Origin: Tegillarca granosa
Taxonomy: Eukaryota
Length of the DNA: 64,000 nt
Direction: 5' to 3'
Assembly (NCBI GenBank): GCA_029721355.1
Contig: CM056607.1
Coordinates: 8,275,309 to 8,339,308, forward strand
Shown here: one piece after another, positions 12,307-25,641 of the stretch
Position numbering within the stretch: the stretch's first letter is position 1
Layout: every line of letters starts with the position of its first letter
Program-made: the position numbers and the translations under genes
Notes under the pieces: model-generated
Databases searched by the model: none
What the model was told of the DNA's origin: nothing
What the model saw: the letters and a program-made list of their open reading frames with translations, nothing else

Positions 12307-12633
12307 TGACATGTCGAGAGATTTTGAATGAACCCTAGTTAATGACGAGTATTTTGTGCAAAACCTAATTATGGTCTCATTATGTGTTTGTTACTTTGTA
12401 TTTGAACATTTCTCCAATTTGTATTGGTGTGTTCTTGGTGAATGTGGTCATTATCAGTTATAATTTCTCAAAGTTTTAGCATGAAATATGTTATTTTATT
12501 TCAGTCATGTACTGCTACTATTGAACCTCGGTAATGTTAAGTATTTATTATTGATAATATATTGAAGACTGTAATACCAAGTTGACTTCAATGTTTTTAT
12601 TTACTATTTAGGAACTGAAATATCTTTTAAAAA

Positions 12634-12670
<37 letters not shown>

Positions 12671-12680
12671 CTATTCACAG

Positions 12681-12739
12681 AGGCAAATAATGTAATTTCA
12701 ATACTGATATCGTCTGACTTCCTAAAAATGGATACTCTA
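12681..12739 (+). CDS. SANBR: SANT-BTB gene exon 5, EANNVISILISSDFLKMDTL
   Basis: Acceptor cacag and donor GTAAGT. Phase-consistent. A BTB helix. Confidence 0.7.
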
Positions 12740-13067
12740 GTAAGTACTAAAACTTGATAATAAAATTCAAGGATGTCCCTGTTTGCTTGCACTTGAGATA
12801 TTTCTTAGCTTTTATAATTCTCTTAAAACTTTTTTACATTTACCAGTATATTTTAAAGATTAAATCAACAAGATTTAAGTTTTAATCATTTCTGATGGTA
12901 GCAATTTTAAGTTCAGTTTTGGAACAAGTTAATTTGTATTCTTGTTATGACATCATCAGTAAACAGGCTTCCAAAATGAAAAACATTAACTGTAATTTAG
13001 GTGCAAACAACACTACAGTATATACTGTTCTAATGGTCACACATGTATAAGGGACACCTGTCTATAA

Positions 13068-13322
<255 letters not shown>

Positions 13323-13941
13323 TAAGTACTTGTATATATACTTTAACTAAAACCTTTTGATGCCTAATGTCACAGCAAATGTGTCGAAGAAATTATCCTC
13401 ACTCTTCATTGATATATGTACAAATACTTGGGTATTATTTTCTGCAACTTCACATTGAGCATGTGACATTTAAATGAAATACAGTAAAACATTGACAATT
13501 GAGCTTCATTACAATTAACTTGAAATCATTATTTAGTCTAAACTAGCTGTTTTTTAACTGTCATTGTCTCAAATTCCCAAAACTAAAACTCTCAGTTAAT
13601 TGGAAGTCAAAATTGATGTCCTTTGTACTTTGATTTATCAAATTTTGAGTGTAATCTTGTATAAGACATAAAACCCACATGTGCTGAAAAAAAAGTAGGC
13701 TGGATGCTATAACTGTTAAAAAATAATAATAAAACAAGCCTGAAATGTTTGACTGATAAAAAATTAATTTCATCTTAATAAGCAAAAGCAGACCAAGTTT
13801 TGATGTTGAAAGGTACTTTTTGGATAGTTCCTTATTCCTTGATCAATTAACATCCTCTAAACAAGATACTTTAGCTGAATTTATTTGGTTCAGTTATCCT
13901 TTAGATCTGCTGCATATTACACAATTATTTCTCTGTTTCAG

Positions 13942-14007
13942 AATTGCAGATTTGTTTACACACAATGAAGCTGATGATATTAAAGATAGAAAAGACAAGT
14001 TTAAAAG
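13942..14007 (+). CDS. SANBR: SANT-BTB gene exon 7, (R)IADLFTHNEADDIKDRKDKFK(R)
   Basis: Anchored to ORF 13820..14011. Acceptor tttcag and donor GTAACT. Confidence 0.7.
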
Positions 14008-14616
14008 GTAACTTTGTTATCTAGTCACATTACATTAAAGTTGAGGCATATGTTTTATTCTGTAGATAAAGTCCTTGAAGTCTTTTTTTTTTTTTTTTTT
14101 TTTCATATTTACTATATCAAACCATCAAGGTGGGACACAAAGTAACAAGTAATTCTTGTTTACACATAACTTTGTATACATTTATTAACAGGTTACAGTG
14201 CCTCTCTTCCCAGGTTCAAATCCCACTCGGGCAAAATACTGTGAGAAAGTTTGTCAGTTAGTTTACTGTATGTGGGCAATTTTCTTCTGCCACTCAGGTC
14301 TCCTCTACCATATAAGTGAAATACTCTTCCACCCCACTGTTTTGAGAAAACCTTTGACTTTTAAACTATTTAATACAATTTGATATAACTAGCATTGTCA
14401 TTCATGTAAAACCTAAATGTAAAATTCAGAACCATTCCAGTCTAAGTTTTGTTTCTTGATTCAGTATGCTGATTAACAAATCTTTACATTAGAAATTTTT
14501 ATATTTTAATGTGAAAGCTTTGTGTAATGTATCCCCATAATAAGAATACAGTTTCAGTTGGTGGGGGTACAGCTGCACCAAACAATGTGAGTCTATACTT
14601 TTGTTTTTTATTACAG

Positions 14617-14703
14617 TAAATTGTTTGCTAAGAAGCTAGAGAAGTTGTTTGACACAGAGACAGTTAACCCAGATTCACCAGAGACAGCTTCGTCAATATT
14701 TAG
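14617..14703 (+). CDS. SANBR: SANT-BTB gene exon 8, (S)KLFAKKLEKLFDTETVNPDSPETASSIF(R). Its 3' 58 nt plus the donor are tandemly repeated about 29 times in the downstream intron.
   Basis: Acceptor ttattacag and donor GTAAGT. Phase-consistent with anchored exons 7 and 9. Confidence 0.7.
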
Positions 14704-16500
14704 GTAAGTTGTTTGACACAGAGACAGTTAACCCAGATTCACCAGAGACAGCTTCGTCAATATTTAGGTAAGTTGTTTGACACAGAGACAGTTAACCCAG
14801 ATTCACCAGAGACAGCTTCTTCAATATTTAGATAAGTTGTTTGACACAGAGACAGTTAACCCAGATTCTCCAGAGACAGCTTCGTCAATATTTAGGTAAG
14901 TTGTTTGACACAGAGACAGTTAACCCAGATTCACCAGAGACAGCTTCATCAATATTTAGGTAAGTTGTTTGACACAGAGACAGTTAACCCAGATTCACCA
15001 GAGACAGCTTCGTCAATATTTAGGTAAGTTGTTTGACACAGAGACAGTTAACCCAGATTCACCAGAGACAGCTTCGTCAATATTTAGGTAAGTTGTTTGA
15101 CACAGAGACAGTTAACCCAGATTCTCCAGAGACAGCTTCGTCAATATTTAGGTAAGTTGTTTGACACAGAGACAGTTAACCCAGATTCACCAGAGACAGC
15201 TTCATCAATATTTAGGTAAGTTGTTTGACACAGAGACAGTTAACCCAGATTCACCAGAGACAGCTTCGTCAATATTTAGGTAAGTTGTTTGACACAGAGA
15301 CAGTTAACCCAGATTCACCAGAGACAGCTTCGTCAATATTTAGGTAAGTTGTTTGACACAGAGACAGTTAACCCAGATTCACCAGAGACAGCTTCATCAA
15401 TATTTAGGTAAGTTGTTTGACACAGAGACAGTTAACCCAGATTCACTAGAGACAGCTTCGTCAATATTAAGGTAAGTTGTTTGACATAGAGACAGTTCAC
15501 CCAGATTCACTAGAGACAGCTTTGTCAATATTTAGGTAAGTTGTTTGACACAGAGACAGTTAACCCAGATTCACCAGAGACAGCTTCATCAATATTTAGG
15601 TAAGTTGTTTGACACAGAGACAGTTAACCCAGATTCACTAGAGACAGCTTCGTCAATATTTAGGTAAGTTGTTTGACACAGAGACAGTTAACCCAGATTC
15701 ACCAGAGACAGCTTTGTCAATATTTAGGTAAGTTGTTTGACACAGAGACAGTTAACCCAGATTCACTAGAGACAGCTTCGTCAATATTTAGGTAAGTTGT
15801 TTGACACAGAGACAGTTAACCCAGATTCATTAGAGACAGCTTCGTCAATATTTAGGTAAGTTGTTTGACACAGAGACAGTTCACCCAGATTCGCTAGAGA
15901 CAGCTTTGTCAATATTTAGGTAAGTTGTTTGACACAGAGACAGTTAACCCAGATTCACCAGAGACAGCTTTGTCAATATTTAGGTAAGTTGTTTGACACA
16001 GAGACAGTTAACCCAGATTCACCAGAGACAGCTTCGTCAATATTTAGGTAAGTTGTTTGACACAGAGACAGTTAACCCAGATTCACCAGAGACAGCTTCG
16101 TCAATATTTAGGTAAGTTGTTTGACACAGAGACAGTTAACCCAGATTCACCAGAGACAGCTTTGTCAATATTTAGGTAAGTTGTTTGACACAGAGACAGT
16201 TCACCCAGATTCACCAGAGACAGCTTTGTCAATATTAAGGTAAGTTGTTTGACACAGAGACAGTTAACCCAGATTCACCAGAGACAGCTTCTTCAATATT
16301 TAGATAAGTTGTTTGACACAGAGACAGTTAACCCAGATTCACCAGAGACAGCTTCTTCAATATTTAGGTAAGTTGTTTGACACAGAGACAGTTAACCCAG
16401 ATTCACCAGAGACAGCTTTGTCAATATTTAGGTAAGTTGTTTGACACAGAGACAGTTAACCCAGATTCACCAGAGACAGCTTTGTCAATATTGAGGTAAG
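14641..16500 (+). repeat. 64-bp minisatellite x ~29 that reiterates the 3' 58 nt of SANT-BTB exon 8 plus its GTAAGT donor. Every copy carries a potential 5' splice site.
   Basis: The unit gtaagttgtttgacacagagacagttaacccagattcaccagagacagcttcgtcaatatttag recurs with period 64 (tagg at 14701, 14765, 14829 and onward). Copies are >95% identical. A few carry ataagt or ttgag variants. Confidence 0.9.
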
Positions 16501-17078
16501 ACAGACAATCTCTTGTTAACTTCTTCAGTTTGATTTGTTCCGAGTTATAATATTTAATCCTGAAGAATTGGATTTGTCTTGTATTTATTTCAGAAAGGCA
16601 AGACAAAACTTAAAATTAAGACCAACTTTACAAATTTTTTTAGATTTCCTAGATTAATGTAGTATTTTTTGAGAAATCCTGATGACCAGCATTTCAGCAA
16701 CAATAATATAACCCACTAAAATATAAACTTAGTGGAGAAGTGTATGTGTCATCATCATCATTGGTTTCTTTTGATTAACATGCAGGTTCAGAAGCGGGTT
16801 AGTAGGTTCCCTTCTAGATGACTGGCTAGCTGCATGCATGGCAAATTTCACCCCGTGTCTCCATTTCTTATGATCATGAGGGTTGGTTGTCAGTGGGGAA
16901 ATTCATTTGCCTTTAAACATATGATACTGTCTATAATTGAATAGTTGAAGAATATATAAATTAAGTGTTTATATATGAATCATTAACTTGAAATAATTTA
17001 CACTTTCAGATGTTCAGTATGTAAAAAGTTGCTGACTAAAACATTAGAAAAAAGGGTTAGATGTATGCCAAGCAGGTA

Positions 17079-17082
<4 letters not shown>

Positions 17083-17109
<27 letters not shown>

Positions 17110-17140
17110 CTGTCTGTCTGTCTGTCTGTCTGTTTGTTCT
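17083..17140. repeat. (TATC)n-(TGTC)n tetranucleotide microsatellite
   Basis: Direct reading. Confidence 0.9.
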
Positions 17141-17354
17141 TCCATCTTTTCATCCAGTCATTCCTCTATCATTCCTTCCTTTTCCTTATCATAGTTTTTT
17201 TTTGTTTTTTATAGTTGACACCATTATGATTGCTTGTGTACCCCCATGATTTAATTGTTTTAAGGATAAAAATCAATATTTATATGTGAATTCAATTAAA
17301 AAATCAATTTTTAGGGAATCCTGTGACATAATAGTACTTTTTTTTACATTTCAG

Positions 17355-17670
17355 AATAACTGTTGATAAAAGAGGAAAGTTAATGTATTGTCATATAAAG
17401 GACAATAGTTTTGATATAAATGACTACCTCTTAGAACTTAAAACACAACTTAAAAACTGGAGGGAGGTTTACTGGAGAATCTGGGGGTTAATTAATTATC
17501 TAACATGTACAAGGTGTTTGGAGACATTCCCATGTACAGAGTTTGGTCACTGTAAATATCATCCTGAACCCCCGAGATACGACAATGAAGGTGGTTTGTC
17601 ACAATGTATCGGGACTTATCCTTGTTGTCATCAGAAAACCCTTCGTTTTGATCCAGTTCAACAGAGCAAG
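17355..17670 (+). CDS. SANBR: SANT-BTB gene exon 9, ITVDKRGKLMYCHIKDNSFDINDYLLELKTQLKNWREVYWRIWGLINYLTCTRCLETFPCTEFGHCKYHPEPPRYDNEGGLSQCIGTYPCCHQKTLRFDPVQQSK (Cys/His-rich)
   Basis: Anchored to ORF 17383..17775. Acceptor atttcag and donor GTAAAC. Confidence 0.8.
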
Positions 17671-18185
17671 GTAAACAATATGTGTGTATTTAATCATAAA
17701 TTGGCATGTCTGTATGTAGATTGCTTAGTGTTTGTGAACATTTTTTTTCAATTTTTGTTAATTGTTTTTTTATGATACATGCATTAGAACAAAAATTTAA
17801 ATAGTTCACTGGTTTAAAAAAGAAAGCCTTTATTATTTTATTCTTGGAAACAGTTTCAGTTTATCAAATGTTAAAAAAGAATAGTTTTAATAACAAAAAA
17901 AAAAAGAAAAAAAGAAAAGAAAGAAAGAGAAAAAAGAAAATGAAATAGAAATAATAAGTGTAGTTTTATTGCTTTTGAGACTAGTTTACAAGTATGGTAA
18001 TAACTAGGGTTATATTTTGAGGGTTAATTGTACATTTCGATAGGTTTGATAATGTTCAAGTAGATAAAGTTGTAATTTTTAAAAAATTCTTCAAGGAATC
18101 TTGAATCATAAAATGGATTGATGATATATTTCTTTGTTCTGAATTTTGATAAACTGTATATTATATCTAACATTGAACATCACAG

Positions 18186-18340
18186 GGTTGCAGAGTAAGG
18201 GATCATATTGTATCATTTCCTGAATGTGATTCATCGAGTGAGATAGATTTATCAAAACCAATGAGGAACAGAGTTTACGATGATTTATTAGCACACAGAG
18301 ATGTTGTCTGTGTACCATATCAAAGACTTACAGATGCCAG
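18186..18340 (+). CDS. SANBR: SANT-BTB gene exon 10, GCRVRDHIVSFPECDSSSEIDLSKPMRNRVYDDLLAHRDVVCVPYQRLTDA(R)
   Basis: Acceptor catcacag and donor GTATGG. 155 nt. Phase-consistent with anchored exons 9 and 11. Confidence 0.65.
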
Positions 18341-20486
18341 GTATGGTGTCGTGTAATCTAAAGTGTGTCCAAATTTTTCCACTAGGGTAGATGGTTTTGT
18401 GGCCTTGACTAACCTTTCTTTTACTTTTTTTATATATTTTATGTTAATAAGTCTTTTTTAAAGAGTCTTTCTCTTTTTTATTTTAATCATCTAGAAGTAT
18501 ATTTGGTCATTCATGTTAAAGGTATCTGCAAGTGTGTAAAAACCAGAGGCATTTTAGAGCAGGATTTCCAGATGGATTTCCAGATGGTCCATGCAAAATG
18601 TCATTTTGGTGCAACTTAGGTGATTTTTCAAAAATGATGCATTGGAAAAGGTTGAAATTGATTGAAATTGTGTTTCGTAATACAACTTTTACATTGCATT
18701 TGCAGATATCATTGACATTATTATAAAAAAATATTAAAATGGTTTTTCACAAACATAAAGATATTACAGTCTAATAATTCTTTGAATGAAAAAAGAGAGA
18801 GTGGAGTGGAGAGATGGTTTTCACATCTCCGTCAAGATTCTTTCACTTATATTATGGCTGTCAGTGTGTGAAACTGGAGTGCCCAAAGGAAAACCACATA
18901 CCTTTAGCAAGAAAACTTCCTCACATTATGGTCTTCCCAAGCAAGATTCAAAACAATGCAGTGTGATTTGAAGACAAGCCTTTAAGAAAACTCTGCCACA
19001 GGGTGACCTTAGGAAAACAAGCTACTTTCAGCAACTTCAGTATTTCACTTATATCAAAACAGTCAGTTCTGGGATAGCTAGGAAAACTGAAATACTTGGG
19101 AAAACAACATTAACCTTTATCATTTAATTGATGTTGATTGATTAGTTTCTCATGCTAGGATGTGTTTTGAGTCAGATTCAAAACTTGGCAGTAAGAAGTT
19201 CTGTGGTCAACAGCTGGTGTTGTTAACCACTTGCATGGTCATCAAAGCCCCCTTGTTGTAAAGAAGAACAGGACATGTTATAGGAAAGAGAGAGGGAGAG
19301 AGAGATGAAAATGGATTGCCATTGTAATATCTTAACATTCATTCATATAAAGTACAAAAAAAAATTAATATAGAGATTTCTTTTTAAAAACTATATATCT
19401 GATTTGTGAGTTTGTTTTGTCTGCCTTGATAAAATTAATTTTGCGTTTAATTGACATTCTGCTTTTTTTTTCTTAAGTTAAGAATAGAAATGTTTCCTGT
19501 TAGATCTAAACAAATTACTTGTTACAATTTTATCTTAATTTTTTCTTCTGAAATAGACTTTAAAATCTTATTTTAATTTATTTTTATCTTTAAATAATTT
19601 CTATAGAATTCTAGAAGTGATAATAAATAATAAATAACAATACTTTATTTACATAATATTAATTTTACTGTGATGTTAATCTCATCTTGATTTTTTGGAA
19701 TAATGCTGGCTTTTGCATGGTGTTATAGCTGGATTTGGTTTGGCATGAGATATTGCTGTAAATATCAGAAATATTGATCTATAACTAACATATTGATTTT
19801 TTAATTGAAATAAAAAGATTTAATTCTATTATCATTATTTTCACATCATATTTCACTTCATATCATAAACTGACTACCGGTATCACAATATATGAATAAT
19901 TGACATAGATTTAACTGGGGTGTAAAATACTATCATTCCATTTTGTTAATGGGTATCAGTTTGAAAATAAAATGTAATAATATTAAATGTAAAAACAAAC
20001 TTGAATAGATAAATTTTATATGAATAGTTTTTCATGTTTTTTAAGTGCATGTATATTCTAAACATTTAGAAGCACAATTTTCCATGTGTAATTTATTTTT
20101 CAGCCAGATCTAGCAATCATATTTACCTCTCAATTATTAAGTAGGCATGGTAACCACACATATGATATATTTACCATATATCTCTCGGTATTAAAGCTGC
20201 ATTAAGTTTTTCAATTTTCTGAATTTTTTTTTTTTTTTTTTTAAAAATAGATAACTTCTAACCAAGATCCATGGGATTCATTTTCTAAAATTTGGTTACT
20301 ATTAGCTGTAAATAAACGGAATCCTCTAACATGATGGTCACTTATTTAACGATTATTAATATAAGCTTGGAGAATGTGCTCTGATGTACAGAGACTCGAA
20401 TGGGAATTGCATTAATTGTCCATCATTAATATCCAAATGTAAACAAATGGTGTTATTTATCCCTTACAAAATCACAAATGACAAAT

Positions 20487-20750
20487 TTAATGAAATTCAG
20501 TGTTTGATTTATCGTATTTCACCAATTTGTAAGTTGTGTTTACATGACCTGTTTTTCTCTTGAGGTAACCATGTTCTAAAATTAGATTCCACATGTCTAC
20601 ATCTTGCTGGGAAATTACCGCTATTTCTATATTTATTTGAGCTTTTATCATTGAACCAAATGCAGCTTTAAAAATGATTGCAGACTGGTCATATGCAATG
20701 GGGTTCATCAGTGTTCCACAAGGTACTCCATAATGTTTGTGTATAACCAT
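20487..20750 (-). other. Orphan 87-aa ORF in SANT-BTB intron 10 with a GVPCGTLMNPIAY motif weakly reminiscent of reverse-transcriptase GVPQGSVLSP. Possible decayed retroelement fragment.
   Basis: ORF track entry. Only motif-level resemblance. An in-frame stop lies immediately upstream. Confidence 0.15.
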
Positions 20751-21480
20751 TATTTGGAGTTACTTTAAAGCCATAACAAGGCATTTTAAAGACAAAGCAT
20801 TTTCCTTTCCAGACTGATCTGGTGAATTTCATCACAGAAGAAAACACAACATTGTGACTCTGGAATGTTTTCTCAAGTTTTGTTTTTAAGTGATGGAAAT
20901 TTATGGCAAATTACAAGTTCAACAAGGCAGACAAAATTATAATCTCATTTATTTATATTATTTCCATTTTAAATTCATGGTCACAAAAACATTTATTTTA
21001 AAGGAAAAATATATAGCTGTTTCAAATTGAGTTTTGAATTTTAGATATTCATGAAAAATTACTGGTTATTAACAGGAAGTTGTAGTTTTTGGGTATAAGA
21101 ACCACACACTAGATTAAACAATGTATTAAGTTAATGATCTTTTTGTTTAACCAATCACAGCATTTTGTTTTCCAAAGCCAAATTTTTGGGAACATTATTT
21201 CATACATTGTACTGGTACAGCATGAACAATTTAAGATATGACTTACAGATCTTGATAAAAAAAACATGTTGACTGATACCTACACTTTTGGTATTTAAGA
21301 AATATTCTGGTACATACCAACTACCAAATCATGGATATCTAGATTTTTTGAAACAGCTATGTCCATATAATTTTATGGGTATATAGATAGAGTCTGTAGT
21401 AGATTACTTTAATTTTCAACTGCACTATGATTCTGTATTCCTCATTAGATCATTTTACACCATTTATTTAGATTTTAGAT

Positions 21481-21530
<50 letters not shown>
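21481..21530. repeat. (CT)n microsatellite
   Basis: Direct reading. Confidence 0.95.
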
Positions 21531-21535
<5 letters not shown>

Positions 21536-21884
21536 ATATTGTTTATTATTTTCTTACAATCCATCAATGGACACATCCTTAGACAAGAATGCATGTACAT
21601 ACACATGCACTTAACATACCGTAGTATACCTTACACACCTAGTACACATTATGGCTTTTATACCCCTGCAAAATTACTATAGATTTGCTTTTGAAGCCTA
21701 TGACGATTGTAACAGTATAATAAACTGGTTGTCAGCAATTTTTACATGATGCCATTGCCAGTGCATGTACTAACCTCTAAAGGCAGCTGTAAGCTGTAAG
21801 CACACCCTTGTACAAAGCAGACCAAAAAACAACTAACAAAACTTGACCACAAGGAGCTTATGTTTAGATTTCCAGTAATCAAGA

Positions 21885-22140
21885 TTAATAAAAAATTGTC
21901 TCACACAATTGATGAAAAAATTGCTGACACAGCATAAATGTCACACAATTGACGAAAAAATTGCTGACACAGCATAAATGTCTCGCACAATTGACAAAAA
22001 AATTGCTGACACAGCATAAATGTCTCACACATTGCTGACACAGCATAAATGTCTCACACATTGCTGACACAGCATAAATGTCTCACACAATTGACAAAAA
22101 AATTGCTGACACAGCATAAATGTCTAACACAATTGACAGA
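21885..22140. repeat. About 41-bp tandem repeat x ~6 (ttgctgacacagcataaatgtctcacacaattgacaaaaaaa) in SANT-BTB intron 10
   Basis: Direct reading. It produces the cysteine-rich ORF artefact 21885..22070. Confidence 0.85.
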
Positions 22141-23149
22141 AAAAATTGCTGAATCAGCATAAAACACTATGTAACAAAACAAACTTTATAAAATCACAAG
22201 CAAGTAAAACAATGAAATTAAGTTGGTTAATTATGATCCATACAACATGCTGAACACTTCACAACAGAGATACGGTGATCAGAAATCTGTCTAGCAAAAT
22301 ACTGATATAGGGATATATCACAACAAAGTATCTGTTTAGAAATTTTTTATTAGATAAATCTTTATCTATATGTCGTCTGTTTGGTGAAGTTTTAATCTCT
22401 CGTTGATATCATATGTGTTTATTTTCATGTAACATAAGTTTAATGAAATCATTAAATGTTTGGGCATTTGATGATTACTGTATATTAATTTTGATTTACC
22501 ATAAAGAATTTATTTATATGTGTTGTATTAAAATTTTGAAATTTTTAAATACCAGTGAAAATAAATCCTTTCATATTTTAAGTTTACATTTTGTGTACTA
22601 CATATGAAAGTGATTTAGTCTTGTTTAAGATTTGGTTCTTTTTATGTCCAAAAATTTCTTTTTACACCTCGTATCTCTAAAATGAAGAAAAAATTGACCT
22701 CAATAAAGGTGTTTCAGTTACACAAACAACAAACAAAACACAGACATTCAACAAATATTGGAAATCTAAAATGGTGTAAACATGATTTGATGCAGTGTTT
22801 TTATGTGTAGAGTTGTAGTGTAGTTGTCTCCCCTGACATCTGTATATCTATAATAATGTAGTATTTTGGTCTTTGTATGGACACAGATTAACTTAACCAC
22901 AAGATTTGTTTACTATATTAATAATATCATGGTGACAGGAAGTTAATATTACTAGTGCATGATGGGTAAGAGTAAAATAAATAATCTGCTTAATATTATA
23001 TACATGTACTGTTAATGGTTATTTGGTCCAAAAATGAAAGGAAGGATCGTGATATTTTGATTTTTGAAATAAAGGTTATTAGAGTTTATAATGTGCCATG
23101 TGATACCCCTTAATGTTTGTGCAGAGTTATTGTCTCTCTGGTGTAATAA

Positions 23150-23660
23150 GAAAGTAGAAAATCAGGGATTTTTCTGGCCACTCACAGGGTCCGGTAAAGG
23201 GACCTATTCCCAATGCCAAAAAGCATACATTTTTCCCAATTGTGTAGGTAAAAATTCCCAAATGATCCTGCTTTAAGAAACTTGAGAAAAAGTGAAAAAA
23301 AACTCTATATTTTTGGTGTAGCTTGTATATCTTTATAATAACCTGTATTTATGCACAATTTGATTTATACTCAATGGGGATCTGGTAGAATGGGAGCAAC
23401 TCATAAAACAACTTTCTCAGATGTTTGTATTGAAGCCAGTCTATGAAGATATTGTGTTAACATCTGAATGATTTGGTACAAATGAGTGACTACCAGCATG
23501 TATCAAAATAATAAATATTCCAGGCAAAATATTTGACGTGCTGACAATGTGAAAATTTTAAAGTTTAATGAAAATTTTTCCCAAAATGCTGTTATTGTCA
23601 ATGATTTTCCCAATTTAATCCCAAGGTCCCTTTCCCAAAATGGCCAGAAAAATCCCTGAA
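23150..23660. mobile_element. Short inverted-repeat (MITE-like) element
   Basis: cagggatttttctggccactcacagggtccggtaaagggacc at about 23160-23205. Its reverse complement tggccagaaaaatccctg, with ggtccctttccc, lies at about 23620-23658. Confidence 0.45.
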
Positions 23661-23663
23661 AAT

Positions 23664-23736
23664 ACAAAACAAAACTAGAACTCTAACTCGGGACCTTCCC
23701 ATTATTAATTGGATGCTCTACCAACTGAGCTAACTG
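23664..23736 (-). pseudogene. tRNA-like sequence resembling tRNA-Ile(AAT), either a tRNA pseudogene or a SINE head
   Basis: The reverse complement gccagttagctcagttggtagagcatccaattaataatgggaaggtcccgagtt has an intact acceptor/D-arm and a recognisable anticodon stem (loop ttAATaa). The T-arm is degenerate (gagttagagttctag). Confidence 0.4.
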
Positions 23737-24314
23737 GCTTCAACATTCCTAGCTTCCTTTTTTAATTTAGCAATCTTTAACTTAGAATCTTATTGCTTGA
23801 TGATATTTGTTACAAATAATAATCTTAGAAAAATGTGACATTTTTCATAATACATTACATTTATTTTGACAATTCAAACAAGACGTCTGCACAAATGTTA
23901 GTAAGGTGTCCTGTGGTACATAGGAGAAGAATAAGATTTTTCATTTTTCAAAAATATCAAAATTTACATGTTGTAATTAGTTTACAATCATACCATGTGA
24001 TATTCAGTATTGTTTGTAGAACTTTGATTTTATTTTATTTTCTGTGTCGTTTGACACAAACATTATAGGATATAATTACTTCGTACTTTGGCGAGACCCT
24101 CATTAAGTTTATTCACTTACAGTAGTTGTAGTTTTGATAGTAGTACACATTTTGTAAAAATTAAAATGAAAAACATATTACATTGTACTTTTTATTATGA
24201 ATTACATACCAATTTAATATTATTATAGAGTTTTTTTTTCCTCTCTAAAACTGGTCTATATGATGGTTTTATTTGTTTAGTTGTATCATTATAAATGAAC
24301 TGTTGTTTATTCAG

Positions 24315-24426
24315 TGAACTTGAGTTAAATGTTTTTGCTAATGAAGAGTACGCCTGTACTAACCATGGTAGCGGTAAAGCGATTCCATCACTCATGTCTG
24401 CAGCAGATGATGACAAAAAATCAGAG
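24315..24426 (+). CDS. SANBR: SANT-BTB gene exon 11, (S)ELELNVFANEEYACTNHGSGKAIPSLMSAADDDKKSE
   Basis: Anchored to ORF 24295..24480. Acceptor ttattcag and donor GTAATG. Confidence 0.7.
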
Positions 24427-24639
24427 GTAATGAATAGTTTTATTATCTACCATCAGCATCTACTATCTAGAAACTTATAAAAGCCATGTTGGATCTGTTA
24501 ACTAAGTAGGAATTTAGAAGTAGAGGTTACAAATGTGCAGAAATGAAAAGTAATTGTCTTTATTTTTCTGTCTTCTGCTATCACTCTTCTTACCAGAGTT
24601 ATTCCCTTTAATGATTGCACAGAACTTTTTGGTAAACAT

Positions 24640-25010
24640 TTTTGTCACAGATTTATAGATTAATTGATTTAATGGACCTGTATGTCCCAGTCAAGAGTAT
24701 TTCACTTATATTGAGACATCAATAAAGTGGCAGAAATTTTTACCTTTGCAGTGCTCTTAGGGCATTGTGCAGAGAGGGTTCTTTAACATGCCATGCCTGC
24801 CTTGACACAGGGCATGCGTTTCTGAAGGACTCCTTGACTTTCATTTCTAAATGCCGAGTGCTTGGCAAAACAGTCACTATCAATTTTCAAGTCTTGGTCA
24901 GACCTGGCCAGGGTTTAAACTCCAACCTTCCTGATACAAAACAATCTTTCTACCAACTGTACTATCATAGTGGTAGTATTACATGTAACAGAAAATTACC
25001 AACTTATGTG
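24640..25010 (-). mobile_element. tRNA-derived SINE copy, same family as 43860-44210
   Basis: cccagtcaag...atttcacttatattgagacatca...aatgc(c/t)gagtgcttgg...acagtcactat...ttcaagtcttggtcagacc is shared between the two copies. There are partial copies at 27840-28030, 29830-29990 and 31680-31750. Confidence 0.6.
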
Positions 25011-25641
25011 ATTTCATAACCTGTGGAAAGAATTGTTCTGCACAAAGACTTTGGAGTATCACATGATATGCTGGTGATTCCCATTGTGTTGCTGCATCAG
25101 GATTTTCACAAGTATTTGATCATCATTGCATGATAAGATGTACAGAGTATGACTTCGTCAGCTACATAAGCCCAAAATCTACAACAACAAAAAACAAATA
25201 GTTAAAATTAATTAATAAAAAATGTTTTCCAAATATGTAGTAAACACAAGGAATTTAAAGAAACATTTATATGGTATGCAGCAGAACTTTGATAATTCAT
25301 AATTCAGTATTATTTTCTCAAATACCATAGATATTTTTGTTCCAGAATTTTTCTCTGCCTTTCCTAAAACTAAAAAAAAACCAGCAAGATCTTTAAATAA
25401 AAACAGAAGTTGATTTTCAAAATTTCACTGTGTAAAGGGCATACAATGTTTTTGAAATTTCACTTTGTAATATTTTTCAATTCTAAATTTTGCATTATCT
25501 GGATGCAAAAAAAACAAAACAAAAAACACTAATTCAAACCTTCGTTAATTGCTTCTGTTCTTTGTTGTATCCGGGGACATGTCACTGGTAAATTTTTGTA
25601 ACCAATGGTTACCATGACTTTGTTTGTTATATATTTATCAG

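Noticed and set aside
14641-16500. Highly regular direct repeats that superficially resemble a CRISPR array
   Set aside because: Units are contiguous with no unique spacers. The locus is an intron of a eukaryotic gene, and the unit is a copy of the adjacent exon end plus donor.
17029-17249. ORFs with SIYLSIYL / SVCLSVCL repeats
   Set aside because: Translation of the (TATC)n/(TGTC)n microsatellites.
20487-20750. RT-like GVPCGTLMNP motif ORF
   Set aside because: Only one short motif resembles reverse transcriptase. There is no YADD or flanking RT blocks in any frame by eye. It is kept as a very low-confidence feature only.
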